From NCBI RefSeq assembly GCF_001194135.2, contig NC_068982.1, forward strand, positions 33,562,728 to 33,626,727: DNA of 64,000 nt, given 5' to 3'. The translations under genes and the position numbers were made by a program. The DNA is from Octopus bimaculoides (Eukaryota). Shown here one piece after another: positions 1-14,364 of the stretch. The stretch's first letter is position 1. The number at the start of each line of letters is the position of its first letter. The notes under the pieces were generated by a model. It was not told where the DNA came from. It made no database searches and saw nothing but the letters and a program-made list of their open reading frames with translations.

Positions 1-490
1 GAATGAATGAAAACAAAATAATTACCAGGAGTGATGGTTGTTTGTATTCTTGTAGGAGTAGAAGGTACACGAAAACATGCAAAATTCTATAGACAAGTTT
101 CACTAAGAACGGTAGCAGAGGATTTTTTTCTTTTATAGAAGCAGCCACTGAGCAGAAATGTTCCTTTCTATAAATTCCCCTGACAAAAAAATGTTCCACC
201 TACAACAGCCCCACCTAGGCTGTGCACCCTCCAGCAGCGTTCTAGCCATGAATATAGGCTGCCCACTTTAATCTGTTTATGATCTAACACAGGAAGTAGA
301 AACATGTCAAAAGATGCCAGGTTAGAATATAAACAATGTTTATCCTACTAACACTGACACACCATCCTAACTACAGAACAAACTGGAAAGATTTCAAGAA
401 AAGAGAAACGTAGAGAAGAAGCATGATAGCACGGGAGTGGTGGAGGGAGAGATACGGATCTTTTAAAGATAGTAAAAGTACTATTTTAGA

Positions 491-523
<33 letters not shown>

Positions 524-1728
524 TCAAAGTAAAATACTGACAATAAAGCAAAGTGATTAAAATTACTGATTTAAATACTTATGAAGAGATATGAAAACTT
601 ATAGCTAAAAAAAAAAAAATTAAGACATATAATAATAATGTGTTGGTATATCAAAAAATACATGCAATATTGAGAAATTGAAACATTACATAGAAATGTA
701 ATGGTTACAGTGAAGCAAAATAAATTAATAATAATGATGATGATGATGATGATAAAATGAAAAAATTATTATTAATTAAAAGATTTAAAAAAAAAAAAGA
801 AATATGTATGCCAATAGGCTGGCCTTTAAGGTAAGTGGAGTCAAATTTCTCTCTCAAAAATAGCATTAACAGCTGCAGTGAAGCATGGATTTATGATCCA
901 AGACATAGAAGATCTCTTAATAATTTATTTACTGCTGTGTTTTACAAAAATATACAGAAAAAAACTAGTTTTAAGTTTATAAATGACTGCTATGTAATCC
1001 AAATTCTCTTAGTTCCATCATCAATTGAAGTAAAATACCTTATACAAAAATATCCACACCAAAATAAAATGTTATACAAACTCTTCTAAAATATAAAAGA
1101 AAAACCAGAGCCAACTAAAAGCACCATATACTTGCAAGGTAAAGAGGTTACACAAACATTAGCACCAAGGAGCACACAAATACAAACTTTTCCAGATAGA
1201 CTGCCAGCTCTCAGGTTTCTTAGATTTAAATAGAATCCAATTTACTTGCTATATACGTTAACAGATATCTGTCTATTGCATTGATAAATGTTCGACATTT
1301 TAAAACACATTCATTGATGAATATTCAACCAGAGCTGTTTCAAGTTCTTTAGCCAGTTTAAGTTCACTTATAGACTAATAAATACAATTGGTTAAATGAC
1401 CACAGCTCATTAAAACTTCAAATGAAGAAAGTAAAGGAAAGAGAAGTAAAGAAGGAAGGACAAGACTCAGATACTGTGGAATTGAAATGTACAACATACA
1501 CACAATTTATAAATATGTTTTTTGTCTTTTTCTTCAAATAATTCAGGTAGAAATTCTGAAGAATTATCTTCAAGAAACACAATGTTCACTTAGTGCTTTA
1601 AGTAATATTTTAAACTGAGACACACAAATTTTGTATTCATACCTGAGATCTTTAATGTTCTCTGGAAGTAATCAACTTCCAGTAATAACAGTAAGAAAAT
1701 AATTCTTCTGTTTATAGCCCCCCCCCCA

Positions 1729-1760
<32 letters not shown>

Positions 1761-3783
1761 AGCCAAGAGGTTCTTGTCTTGCAAACTTGTGGGTGCTAGT
1801 CCCACGTAAAATATACCCATCCTGGTGCCAAGTAAAAAGCACCCACACCGGTGTAACATAATAAGCACCTGTACTGATTCCACATAATAGCACTGGTGTT
1901 GGTACCACATAAAAAAGCACCCAGTACACTCTGTAAAGTAGTTGGCATTAAGAAAGGCATCCAACCATAGAAACCATCCCAAAACTGAGAATTGGAGCCT
2001 GGTGCACCTCTCCAGCTGGCCAGCTCCCATCAAACTGTCCAACCCATACCAGCATGGAAAACAGACATTAAATGATGATGATGATACAGGGAAGAAAACA
2101 ATAGCTTTCAAATTAATCTTTGAAAATAAGCTCCTTTAATGAGTATTATATATTAATGATTATATATTAAGGAAAATATAATTATAAGTAATTCTGTATT
2201 GAATACAGTACAATGCTGAAAATGAAATTATTTGTTACTATAATTAATCTATATAGGAGAAACCTCAGATATTTTCTCTTAAATTCTTTTCTGTAGCCAA
2301 TCAGAAATTCTAACTGCAAGAATGGAGTATCCTGGAAGTTTTTCACCAGACTTTAGAGTGGAAATATACTTTTGGTATACTTGTAGATTTGCCAAACTGT
2401 TAGGTTGTAATATAATAGAGTTACTCTCCGTCTTTTAAGAATTCAGCATAGAGTTCTATCTCTAAAGGATTAAGTTATTCATGTTAGTTCACAACTACAA
2501 TATATCTATACCTAGCAATTCTTTCTTAATATTTTTCTACTCTACTTTCTTTTTTTCTTTACTATCAATTGAATAAAACCAAAAAAGAATTAATTAAGGA
2601 ATCCAGTAAGTCTGAATATTGATCTCAAATTTTGGCACAAGGCTAGCAAGTTTGTAGGAGGGAGTAAGTCAAATACATCAACCCCAATGCTCAACTGATA
2701 CTTATTTTATCAATTCCTCAAAAGGATGAAGGGCAAAGTTGACCTTGGCAGAATTTGAACTCAGAACATAAAGGCAGACAAAACGCTGCAATGTATTTTG
2801 CCAAGTAAGTATGAATACTATAAATCTGAAACCATTTCTGCTAACTTAAATGAAACAATTGTTTGTCTCAAAGTTCAAACTGTGAAGTCAAATTTATTCA
2901 TATATACATTGAAGAAAGTAAAATTTGGTTAAAAATGTAAGCAATAAAAATATCTACTGATGAGTTCTTAATGAACAACTAATTAAACCCTATAATCCCA
3001 AACAGGAATATGAAAATTATGTCGTGATTTAGAATAGAATTAATCAAAATGCACCATTCAGTTTTAAAATATTCATAAAAAGGGAAAGATCCAGTGGATC
3101 TATGAGACAGGCAGAATTAAGTGCACTGTTTCTAGCACCTTCCTAGGAATTTGGGTAAGTATGGCTCTCCCTCAAAAGGGTTGCTCAGTCACTAGGATCT
3201 CCACTGGAGTTGGTCCCTGTCAGGGGAAGGCACAATAATGGTGTTTGAGTAATACTCCTGCCACTCTGGTGCAGATTTACAACAGTGTACTTCCAGCTAG
3301 TTAAGTTTGCACAGTTCACACTCTTTCATCACTAAAGGATTTTTAGTAGTTAAAATATGAGAGAGAGAGAGAGAGAGGTGGGGGTCGGGGGAGCAAAAGA
3401 AGGAAAAGAAATCCATTCATATGACAATTAGCTTGGTACTTTACAATAAACACAGAAACAATAAGGTAAATATACTGTGTTGTGGCCAGCTGTTATTAGC
3501 ACATGACATTTAAATAGCAATGTTTTAGTTTCTGAAACAATTAAAAAAGGAATTCAATGTATCAATTACATTTTCAACTCACAGACAATTTGTCAATGTA
3601 TGTGTGTATGTGTATGAGAAAATACCTTGGTATAGATTTGTGTTTACAAATCAACAATATTTACAGTTTTTTTATTTACACTTTTTGTTTCATCTTTTAT
3701 ACATGTACAAATATACAAGTGTGTGTGAATATGCATATATACATAAGTGTAGATATGTATATATAGATTTATATATATGTACA

Positions 3784-3858
<75 letters not shown>

Positions 3859-3984
3859 TATTCAGATTTTCCACCAGCCTCGAGAGACAGGCTCCATTAG
3901 GGGCTTTACAAAACTTCAAGTAGCATGGAATCTGAATCAAATTGTTTTGAATAATATATATATTATTATTATCATCATCATCAT

Positions 3985-6140
3985 CATCATCATCATTTAA
4001 TGTCCATTGTCCATGCTGGCATGGGTTGGATGGTTTGATCAGGGCCAGTAAGCTGGGAGCCTATACCAGACTCCAGTCTGATTTGGCATGGTTTTTTTAC
4101 AGCTGGATGCCCTTACTAATGCCAACCTCTCAGAGTGTAATGGGTGCTTTTACACACCATTGGCACAGGTGCCATTTGCATGACACCAGTATCTGCCATG
4201 ACCACAATTTTGTTCAGCTTGATGGATTTTCTTTTCAAGCACGACATAATGCCAAATGTCTTAGGCATTGCCTCTGTTAGGCCCAACACTCAAAAGGAAC
4301 TCAGCCATTTTGCCCTGTGAGGGCCAACACTCAAAAGGTGCTCTTTACATACCACCAACACGGGTGCCAGTTATGTGACACCAGCATAAGCCATGACTAC
4401 AATTTCAATTGGCTTGATGGGTCTTCTCCAGCACAGCATATCACCAAAGGTCTCGGTCACTATTCATTGCCTCTGTGAGGCTCAAAGTTCAAAGATCATG
4501 CTTCACCACTTCATCCTCTGTTAGATGGTCCCTCCACAGTTAGATCTCAGTACCTCTTTACACAGCTGTTCTCGTCCATGTGCATCACATGACCATACCA
4601 GTGCAGTTGTCCTTTTTGCACACCACATCTGATGCATCTTATGCCTAACTTTTCTCTCAAGATGCTTACACTCTGCTGAACATATACACTGACATTATAC
4701 ATCCAGCGATGCATACTGGCTTCATTTCTTTCAAGCGTGTGCATGTCCTAAGCTGTGACAGCCCATGTTTCACTGCCATGTAGCATGGCTGTTCATACAC
4801 ACAGGCATCATACAATCTGCCTTTCACTCAGAGAGAGAGAGAATCTTTGTTGCCAGGAGAGGTAGGAGTTCTCTGAACTTTGCCCAGTCTAATCTTATTC
4901 TCACAGCTATGCTCTCGGAGCATCCACCTCCAACACTACTTGGTCACCTAGATAATGGAAGCTATCTACTACCTCTAACTTGCCCCTCTGGCAGTTGATG
5001 GAGTGTATTTTCTGCACATTTTCAGCATTTATTGTACCTGTGCATCTTCCACATACAAAAGCTACTTTCTCTGTTAACCTTCTTCTGATATTGCTGCACC
5101 TTTTATGTGTCCAAAGTTTAGATTGGATGCATCTTATGGAGTTTTTACCTATGCCTTTTCTACAGATTGAGCTGGGCCATCTACCTGAAGGGATTTGTGA
5201 TTTGTCTGCTTTCCTACTTACTATGACTTTGGTTTTAGCTAGGTTAACTCTAAGACCCTTCGATTCTATACCTTGCTTCCATACCTGGAACTTCTTCTCT
5301 AGTTCTGGTAGTGATTCAGCAGTAAGAGCAAGGTCATCAGCATAGAGGAGCTCTCAGGGGCAGTCCGTCTTAAATTCCTCTGTTATTGCCTGGAGGACTA
5401 TGTTGAACAAGAGGGGGATGAGCACCAATCCTTGGTGAACCCCTAATTCTTCACCGTACTCATTGCCAACATTCACTTATTGGTAGCGTCCCTGTGCATG
5501 GTTTGTACAGCTCTTACCAACCACTTGTCTAACCCTAGTTTCTGCATTGACTACCAGATAAGGTATCAGGGGACCTTGTCAAAGGTCCCCTGATACCAAG
5601 TCTCCAAGTCAACAAAAGTCAAGAACAGAGGTTTATCTTTGGTTTTGTATTTCTCCTGCAGCTGCCTTACCAGAAATATAGTATCAGTGGTACTTCTACC
5701 TGGCATAAAACCAAACTGCATCTCATCTAGATTAACTCTTTCCCAAATTAGTTAAGCTATGACTCTCTACGTAACTTTCATCACCTGATCCAACAATTTG
5801 ATACCTCTGTAATTATTTCTAAGGCATCATCTTTACCTTTGCAGCATTTCACTAAGGTGCTGCTACACCACTCATTGGGTATGACTTCTTCATGAACCAC
5901 CTGATCTACAATATGGGTGACTAGACCATAACCCACGCCACCAGATATTTTAAGCATCTCAGCAGTGATTACTGATGGGTAGGGGAGGGAGGAGGGCTTT
6001 CCCTGTCTTCATATCCTTAATTGCTTTATCTACCAAGGAACTATCATTTCTGGTAGCTGATCCTTCAATTGGGTGAACACTTGGTAGACTCTCCTCCTCC
6101 TATTCATTCTCCATGTTCAGCAGCCTTTCATAATGGCATG
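3985..6140 (-). mobile_element. RTE LINE, 5'-truncated and degenerate, with 3' tail
   Basis: Minus strand gives HYERLLN, LERNEASMHRWMYNVSV…LHWYGHV and other RT pieces matching the other copies. Ends in (GAT)n. Confidence 0.9.
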
Positions 6141-6142
6141 TA

Positions 6143-6238
<96 letters not shown>
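6143..6238 (+). repeat. (CA)n microsatellite, representative of many; others include (AT)n 3791-3850, (TC)n 40820-40907, (GA)n 51662-51747, (CA)n 56486-56563
   Basis: Direct reading. Confidence 0.98.
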
Positions 6239-6240
<2 letters not shown>

Positions 6241-6695
6241 ATCACTTATAACAATAAACTCCTCATCACCTCGCACCCAAACTATCCTTAGGAACAAAAT
6301 CATTTACACACCTTAAAGTCTAGTACTACAATAAGCTAATGAACAACACTAATACTCCTCCAAATCAATAGTTTTCTCTAGATAATTATTCCAATATCTG
6401 AAAAGTCACCAATTGTATCACATTTTGAAAAAGAAAAGGAAAATAAACATCATGTTGACATTGCGGTATGTTCCAGCAGTAAACCATACAATGCTAATGT
6501 AAGAGAATATATACATACATACATACATACATACATACACACACACAGGCACATATATAGTTATATTTATAATAATATATATATATACAATAAGTACAAA
6601 TATTAGCATAGACTTATCTACACTATCACAATAAAAACCTGAGAGAGGGAGAAAGAGAGAGAGAACAAATAAAAACTAGCAATTATAGATCTTAC

Positions 6696-7110
6696 CTTCA
6701 AGGAACATCACATTCCTTCAAAAATAAAAGGTATGCTCTTCCCCGCCTTTTACAGAGATATATAGAGATAAACAATCTTCTATATACGATCCCGGATACA
6801 TGGGTGTTCGTTTTGGATATGTTGAATCTTTTGTTTACTTTTACATATTTTGACCATACTATACTGATGATCGAAAGTTACATATTGTTGTAATAATCGT
6901 GAAATTGTTCGATATATAGTTCAGTCTGTTTTTACGAGGCCAGTTTTTGAGAGTTGCATTTCCTCGCGTTCGGTAAAAAATGTGTTTATTATGGTAGTTT
7001 AGCGTGAGGCATTCTTCTATAGTAATGCCCTTATATAAATATAAATAAATATATTCTAGGGAATAAATGATGGATTTTTCCCTTATGAGTTCTTTCACGC
7101 TAGCTACTTG
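6696..7110 (-). promoter_or_regulatory. CpG-retaining segment ending in a strong donor; candidate internal promoter or alternative first exon
   Basis: About 13 CpGs in about 360 bp (6740-7100) against a depleted background. Minus-strand donor TGAAG|gtaaga at 6696, preceded by ATG TTC CTT GAA G (phase 1). Confidence 0.35.
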
Positions 7111-8580
7111 ATAAAATTCTTGTAAAAGATTTTATCCTATTATTGAATTAATTTTTTTTATATATATATATATATATACAGACACACACACACACATGCA
7201 TATACATGAGAAAAGAGGAGTTATGTAATCACCTTCATTAGATTATAGGTCTTTCTGTTTTAAGAGATATAACCCTAAAGCATAAGTATATTGAGTTCTA
7301 ATAGCCAACCATTAGTATCGCTATACCTTTGCAAAATCATGGCCACTACATTCCTCCATGGAACAAATTTAATTTGTGTCCGTGGGAAGAGCCATTGTAA
7401 CTCTTCGAAATGCCAGTGTTATAATGGTGGCAGCTGATGAAGGAAATGTTCTCTATGCGGCCTGAGTGTTTTCTGTACCTTGTTTATCAATTTGTCCATG
7501 TTTTTTTGCAACGTCATGTACCCAGATATGCATCTATATATACATGTAGATGAAGGTATGTGCATACATGTACATATATATGCATACACTCATATATTAT
7601 TTGTNNNNNNNNNNATATATATAGTTCTGTAAATAAAACCTTGAGGAGTAGAAATAAATGTTGGGTTATGGTTTATTTTAAATGAAAGACTAGAAATATT
7701 ATTAGCAGCAAAGAAAATTTCAGGAAGTTTCTCAATTAGTACAAGAATAATTGTATGGCATATCAAAGAAGTCCTGAAATTGAATTTTTAAGGTTCTGAA
7801 TAGCAGTGTAGTCAAAGAAAGAAGAGGAACATAAAGTCTAGGAATAGAATAAGGATTGGAAGAAGTTTGGAAAGAAGTAGCTGTTAATTAAGTCTCTCTC
7901 TCTCTCTCTCTCTCTCATTGTATGATGGAATCCATAAGATTCGTGAATCCATGAGGATACTGTATTTTCCAGTATACAAATCAAATTTTTCAGGCCAAAA
8001 TTTACTGCCAAAAAAGGTAAGTTGACTTTGGAAGACCATGAATTTTATGTGAAAAGCAGGAGGATTTGGAAAGATAGTGACACTGTCTGAATGTTTACAT
8101 AACATGTTTATACTATAAAGTACACCAAATTGTATGCCAGAAAATACAGTATCCCACACTATACTCAAATATTTATTCTTTTCTTTTGCTTGGTGGGCCT
8201 TAGTTATTGTATCTGGAGGAAAGAGCAATACTCAAGCCCTTCACAGGTCAGCCTAGACTGGTGAGATTGATATAATTAATGATACTCTTGAACCTTTTAA
8301 AGTCAACATATGCAACAAAGGCATGAGAAGGGTGGGAAATCTGGTGGGCCAATGTACCGAAAAGGAAGGGTTAGGTGTAGAGATTAGCAAATGGTGGAGT
8401 GGGGGACACAACAAGGGTGACGAGAGGAGAAGGAATAAATGGGTAGGAGCAGAGGCCATTATATTGTATTTGATATCGGTGATTAAGAGTAAAATATATT
8501 TTCTCCATGAGCAAGTAAAATATCCTCAAAGCAAATTTCCTTATACCAAATACATAATTATATTCAGGCTTAAAAGCAAA

Positions 8581-8629
<49 letters not shown>

Positions 8630-9582
8630 ATGGACGAATGGATGGATCAATTGATAGATTGATAGATAGACAGATATCTGCTTCCTCTGCTAGTATGGGT
8701 TGGACAGGTCATCACAAACCCAATTAGTTCTTCACATGACAGCAGACCACATCTAATACATGCTATTTTTGGTATATATATATTTTTTGTTAAGTTTTCT
8801 TTCTTTCATTTTTTTTGAATGCCCTCTCTGACACCAACTACTTTACAGAGTATACTGGGAGCATTTTATCATGGGACCATCTCTAGAGATCTAAAGAGAC
8901 CTCTTAATTCTATGCTGTCTGCACTCATTTGCCAGCAATTTTAGAGAGTGCATCACAAGCATTTTACCAGGGCACCAGTACTAATGAGGTTGCCTTGAAT
9001 CTTGCAAGACAAAAAACATTCTCACTACTCTTAAGTTATCTCCATTCATTCAAGGAAACGTAGCCAAAAGGGTGAATATAAGAGAGTGAAAGGTGCAAGA
9101 GTATGACAGGGGAACAAAGAGATTGGGGCAAGAGACTGGTAGCGGGAGGAGTAACAGAAGAGACAGTGTTTGAGGGAGTAAGAGATAAGAGGTAATATTG
9201 ATAGGATGTGATGGAAGAGAGGATGTGATGATAGCTACATTTTTTTTGTTTTTGGTAAGAGCAAAGGAGACAGAGAGAAAAAGAGAGATAAAGAAAGAAA
9301 GAGAGAGAGAGAGATGAGTGTGGATAGTTGTATAGATGGATAATGGTAACAGAGTGCGATGACGGTCAGTAAAAAGTGATGTAGAGGAGGGGGAGTGAGA
9401 AAGTGTTGGTGGGAGTGTATTTAGATATGAACAGATCTGATGCAATACCATGTTACACAGGCATCATAGTAAAGGTGGTGGGTAGAATGAGTACAGACAG
9501 ATTCATTGAAATCAGTTGTTAGGTAAGCAACAAAGTACAGTAAATAGGGAATGGAATAAGAGAGATAGGATCACGTGTGTGT

Positions 9583-9613
<31 letters not shown>

Positions 9614-10494
9614 AGTGTGCGTGTGCACTGACGTAATCTAATGTAAATTTATAGATACATACCCTCACACATTAAATTTGTGAAAATAGAAATTCATTCA
9701 GTTGCTTATTAAAACCTTTCATACATAAAAGTGAACCATGTTTGAGATTGTCTACATAGTATGTAATGCAGAGAAGTAAGAGAGAGCACCAAATTGCAAT
9801 GAAATTCTCATTAGAGCCTATGTATGGAAAGTTAACAGTAACACAAAACATCAATTTTTAAAGTAAAGTCAGTTTAAAAACTTTTTCCCAGTCTACATAT
9901 TTCCTATTGACATTCCCAAAAACTTGAAGCTGAGCACCAACTATATCAGACATGGATAATATTTATTAAAGAAGTAGGCTGCATGAGACATGGATTATGA
10001 CCAAGCAGGCTGCACTGCTTAAAAAGATTCAAGATTTATTTTTCGTTCAGAAAGTCCTGCAGGCAACAGTTGTCCCCATGACTGAGCTATAGCAACCTCA
10101 AATTGGAATCATCATAGTTGGAAATCTACTGAATTGGAGATGACTTGCAGCTAAACAACAACAATCGTCGTCATCGTCGCCATCATCATCATCATCATCG
10201 TCATCATCATCACCACCATCACCATCACCAACACTACTACTACCATCATCAGTATCATAGCCATGCTACCATTGCTTTGCTTTTTTAATGCTGGCATGGG
10301 TTAGATGAGATATTTTTGTAGTAGTATTCTACAGCAGGTAGCCCTTCCTGGTTCCAACATTTACTTGTTTTGAAATAGATAAGCCACTATATTTCATTGA
10401 ACCACCTAATTCAGGACACAAACAAATGTCAGTGCAGCACAAGAAGTGCAAATATGAATACATGTGGAGACAACACACAGTCAAGACAGGCTTC

Positions 10495-10990
10495 CATTTA
10501 GTTTCCATCTCCCAATTTCAATTCACAATACATTGGTTGACCCAAAGCTATAGTTGAAGATACTTGCAAAGTGCCATGCAATGTGATCAAACTTAAAAAT
10601 ATATGGTTGTGAAGCAAACTTGTTAACAACAGAATCATGCTAGCACCTAAAAGCCATACTGGCTGTGTGGTTATGAAACTCACTTTGCAACCATATGGTT
10701 TCAGGTTCAGTCCCACTGTGTGGCACCTTGGGCAAATGTTTTGTACTCTAACCTCCAAGCCACTGAATGCTTTGTGATTGAATTGAGCAGGCGGGAATTG
10801 TGTGTGTATTTGTCCCTCTCACCACCACTTGACAACCAGTGTTGGTTTGTTTATATCCCCATAACTTAGCAGTTTGGCAAAACAGACTGATATAAGGGGG
10901 GAAAAATTTTGTACTGGGGTTAATTTGTTTACCTAAAGCTCTTCAAGATATTGCCCCAGCATGGCCACAGTCCAATGACCGAAACAAGTA
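10495..10990. mobile_element. Head-to-head pair of SINE family A copies
   Basis: A minus-orientation head at 10495-10635 abuts a plus-orientation copy at 10660-10990. Confidence 0.7.
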
Positions 10991-11099
10991 AAAGATAAAA
11001 GAGGTAAGAATGCTTAGAACCAAACTCATGGTTATTAGAAGCAACACTGATTCAAGGAAGCCCTTCATTACATTCATTCTTCTTTTTATCTCATTTTGA

Positions 11100-11788
11100 A
11101 TTTTGTTGCCATTTTTATAGTTGTTGGCAATGGTGGTGGTGATGGTAGTGGTGGTGTTGGCAGTGGCAGTGAGTGGCACTAGCAGTGGTGGTGGTGGTGA
11201 TTGCGGTAGAAGCAGTAGTGGCAGCAGTGAATGGCTGCGGTGGTGGTGGTGGTATCTACAGTGATGACGGGGAATGATGAAAAAGATAATACTGACAGTA
11301 ATAATAATGAGGATGATTTTGAGAACTGTAACAATTTATAACAGCACCAATGGCATCAATGACAAAAGATGACAGTGGTAATGACAATGATAAGGCCAAG
11401 AACAATGAAGAAAATGTAACAAGATGTTAAAGAAAATGAGGAAGATAATGATAGTAATGGTAGTAATAGTAGTAGTGGTAGTGATTGTTATATAGCGGAG
11501 ATGATGATGGTGATGATAGTTGTGATAATGGTGGTGGTGGTGGTGGTGGTAATGATAAAGACAATGGGGATGGTGCTGGTGGTGTCAATAAGGATGATCA
11601 ATATTATGGTGTTGCAGCTGCTACTATTACCAACAATGGTGATGATGATGATGATGATGATGATCTTTTGGTCAGCACTAAATATCATGAATTGAGAACA
11701 AGGTTTGTTTATAAACACTTCTCATCTTGTTTTCACAATTCTTTTATTTTTTTTTTATACAGAATACTTAAAAGTAAAAGCAAAACAC

Positions 11789-11844
<56 letters not shown>

Positions 11845-11845
11845 T
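11100..11845 (+). repeat. Compound trinucleotide low-complexity region (GGT/GAT/AGT/AAT)
   Basis: Direct reading. Ends in (AAT)n at about 11790-11840. Confidence 0.9.
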
Positions 11846-13904
11846 GAACTGAAATATTTCTAGCATACAATAATACCAAAGATAATTATATTGTTAGAAA
11901 TTATTAGAGTGCTCATCTTGAGATTCATCAATTACAAATGTTGAATGCCTACAGGTAGAAAACATATGAAAGCAAACTGAAAATTAAGCCCAGCTTCTTT
12001 CGTGTGTGGCTTCACTTCCACATATCTTTGATAAAATTATCATTAGAAAAATTAGAAAACCAAACTGATAAGAATTTCCTGAGACAATTTTATTAAAGAA
12101 TATAAAATATAGTGTGTCTTTTTTTTCTGTTGATTTTTGTTTGTTTATTTATAATTAATCACTGAGATTTCTCTAGAATGTGGTGCTGAAAGTTACAAAG
12201 ATCACGAAAGAGAACAGATTTGAAGATTTGATTTTAATAAGGTTGGTTGTAGAAGAAGGTTTGTGGAGTTAATAGTGGGGGATGATGCATGTAATATTAT
12301 ATACTAACCAAATACTGGTACTGTTTTGTTTGAGCAGGAAGCTGTTTAAAGTAAAAATAATTTATCAAATTTATTTATATGATACTATGAGGTGTACATA
12401 TGCACAGAGAAATATTATAAGTTTATAATAATTAAGTAAATAATTAAATTCTTGAGTGGTTTAGTTACACAATTTATGAATGAAGGTGTGAATAAAACAT
12501 CTAAGGATTTTTGTCTTTTGACAATTCTGGAGCATTCTGTGAGAAAATGTAAAATATTTATTCATGTGAAGTCCTGGGAATGGTTTTTAGGAGATGGCGG
12601 GGGGTGCATTTCTTTCTCTTTAGAATGAATTAATATACTACCCTGTACAAGTAAAGAATATATGAGTGCAGTCCAATGACTGAAGCAAGTAGAAGATAAA
12701 AAAAATAAAGATGCTTGCAATCAGCATTTTCTTTATTAGAAACTGGTTCAATAAATTCTGAAGCTGAGATACACTTCTGACATAAAATATGAGATTACTA
12801 ATGTCTGCACTATCAAAAGACCCCCATGCTTACATCAAAGGAATTGACCAAGTCTGATGTCTTGACTCTGGCTGAGTCCTTATCAAGTAGGTGAGTCTTC
12901 ATAGCATGCACATTAACTTTTGTGTCAATATTAATGTATTGTGATACTGAGCAGGGCAACAAAAGCTGAGTTGCAGACATATTATAGCTTTATTTCTTTA
13001 TTCATTTATTGTTTCTTTTTCTTTAAACCTTTTTTTTATTTATAGCTTCTTCTTCAGTTCTCAAATTTTTACCTTGATTTAAAACTATATTATCAAACTC
13101 TAACAATTTGTTATACTCTATATCAGAAGTGTGTCTCAGTTTCAACATTTATCTATATTATCTGTTTTAGAAATACATTTAAGTGCACCATATGAGTGGA
13201 ATGAACTCCTTTTAATCTTTACACGTTATTCTCTTAATATTATGATAAGATTATATACACACATTTTGGAGTTGTACTTGTCTAGCTAGTGGCCTGATCT
13301 GAGACCATGTATCGAAACACAAGCAAGCAACTGCATCATGGAAAAGCCATTCTGACCATCTAAATTCATTACAGAGTTGCTAAATTCACTTTAATCCTTT
13401 AACACTTAAACTAGCTGTAGCCAGCTAAAATATTCTACCTGTTTTCCGTTCAAACCAGCTGAATCCAACTTTTCACACCTACCCAACAATGTCATTCTAA
13501 AACTAAACAATCTGATCTTTGAAATCTTGAAGCTATGAGACAATTCATGATTAATTCAAAGCAATGCGAATAAATGTAATCTAAATGCTAAGGGTTTAAA
13601 TATATTTCATGAGACATTGAAATTTTTCATAACACACAGCAATCTGGTCATTGTACAATTGCCACTTAGTAACTGACACCACATAAAATTTTGAGACATC
13701 AAGGACTAAAATTTAAAGTGAATTTTAAAACTTTGTGTCCTATCAAATGGCTAGAATGATTCTGTGATGTATTCTTATTTTACAAATACGTTTTTCCAGA
13801 ATGCACATAAGCATAATGAAAGATGGTACTACTACCTTCCTACAATAGGAAGTGGTTCCTATCAGGTTCCAAAAGGTCACAAGTGGAGTGATCTAAATGT
13901 ACTA

Positions 13905-14120
13905 TAGGGTGCTGAAAAATTCCTAGCTTTAAGAGTATTGTAAAAGGCTTGGTTGGAGGTCCAATCTTCCAAGTTCTTTTACAGGGCTTAGAAAAACTGA
14001 AGGGCCACTGTAATAAGTATGTGAATCTGCTGAGAGGGGAATATACTGAATACATTGATAATTAACTGATCCTCCTGTAATTTTTTTACCCAAAACCAGG
14101 AAATTTTCAGCACCCCCTCG
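13905..14120 (+). mobile_element. Mariner-derived MITE
   Basis: Terminal inverted repeats gggtgctgaaaaattcct and aggaaattttcagcaccccctcg with TA flanks. Internal GLEKLKGHCNKYVNL resembles a transposase C-terminus. Confidence 0.75.
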
Positions 14121-14327
14121 TATAAGACAGCCAAGTCAGATGAAAATGACCAAAACTAATTTGGATAGCAATGAGATTTCTTTGAAACTGCCTACTGCTC
14201 TAAGAATAATACCATTAATATCTCAAATGTATGAGGTCAAAATATATATAAATTAACTTTATATCCTTTCAACTGTATAATCATCTATTTTAAAAGCTAA
14301 TCCATCTGTTGAGCCTATATGGAACAG

Positions 14328-14364
<37 letters not shown>

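Noticed and set aside
7994-8016. Plus-strand microexon-like site, and another at 26598-26641
   Set aside because: Such splice-like hexamers are expected many times by chance in AT-rich DNA, the second has an in-frame stop, and no coherent plus-strand gene emerges.
12834-12986. Minus-strand open frame (MSATQLLLPCSVSQYINIDTKV…NSFD) ending at a gtaagc donor
   Set aside because: No pyrimidine-rich acceptor, an in-frame stop just upstream, and a phase-0 exit that does not fit known junctions.
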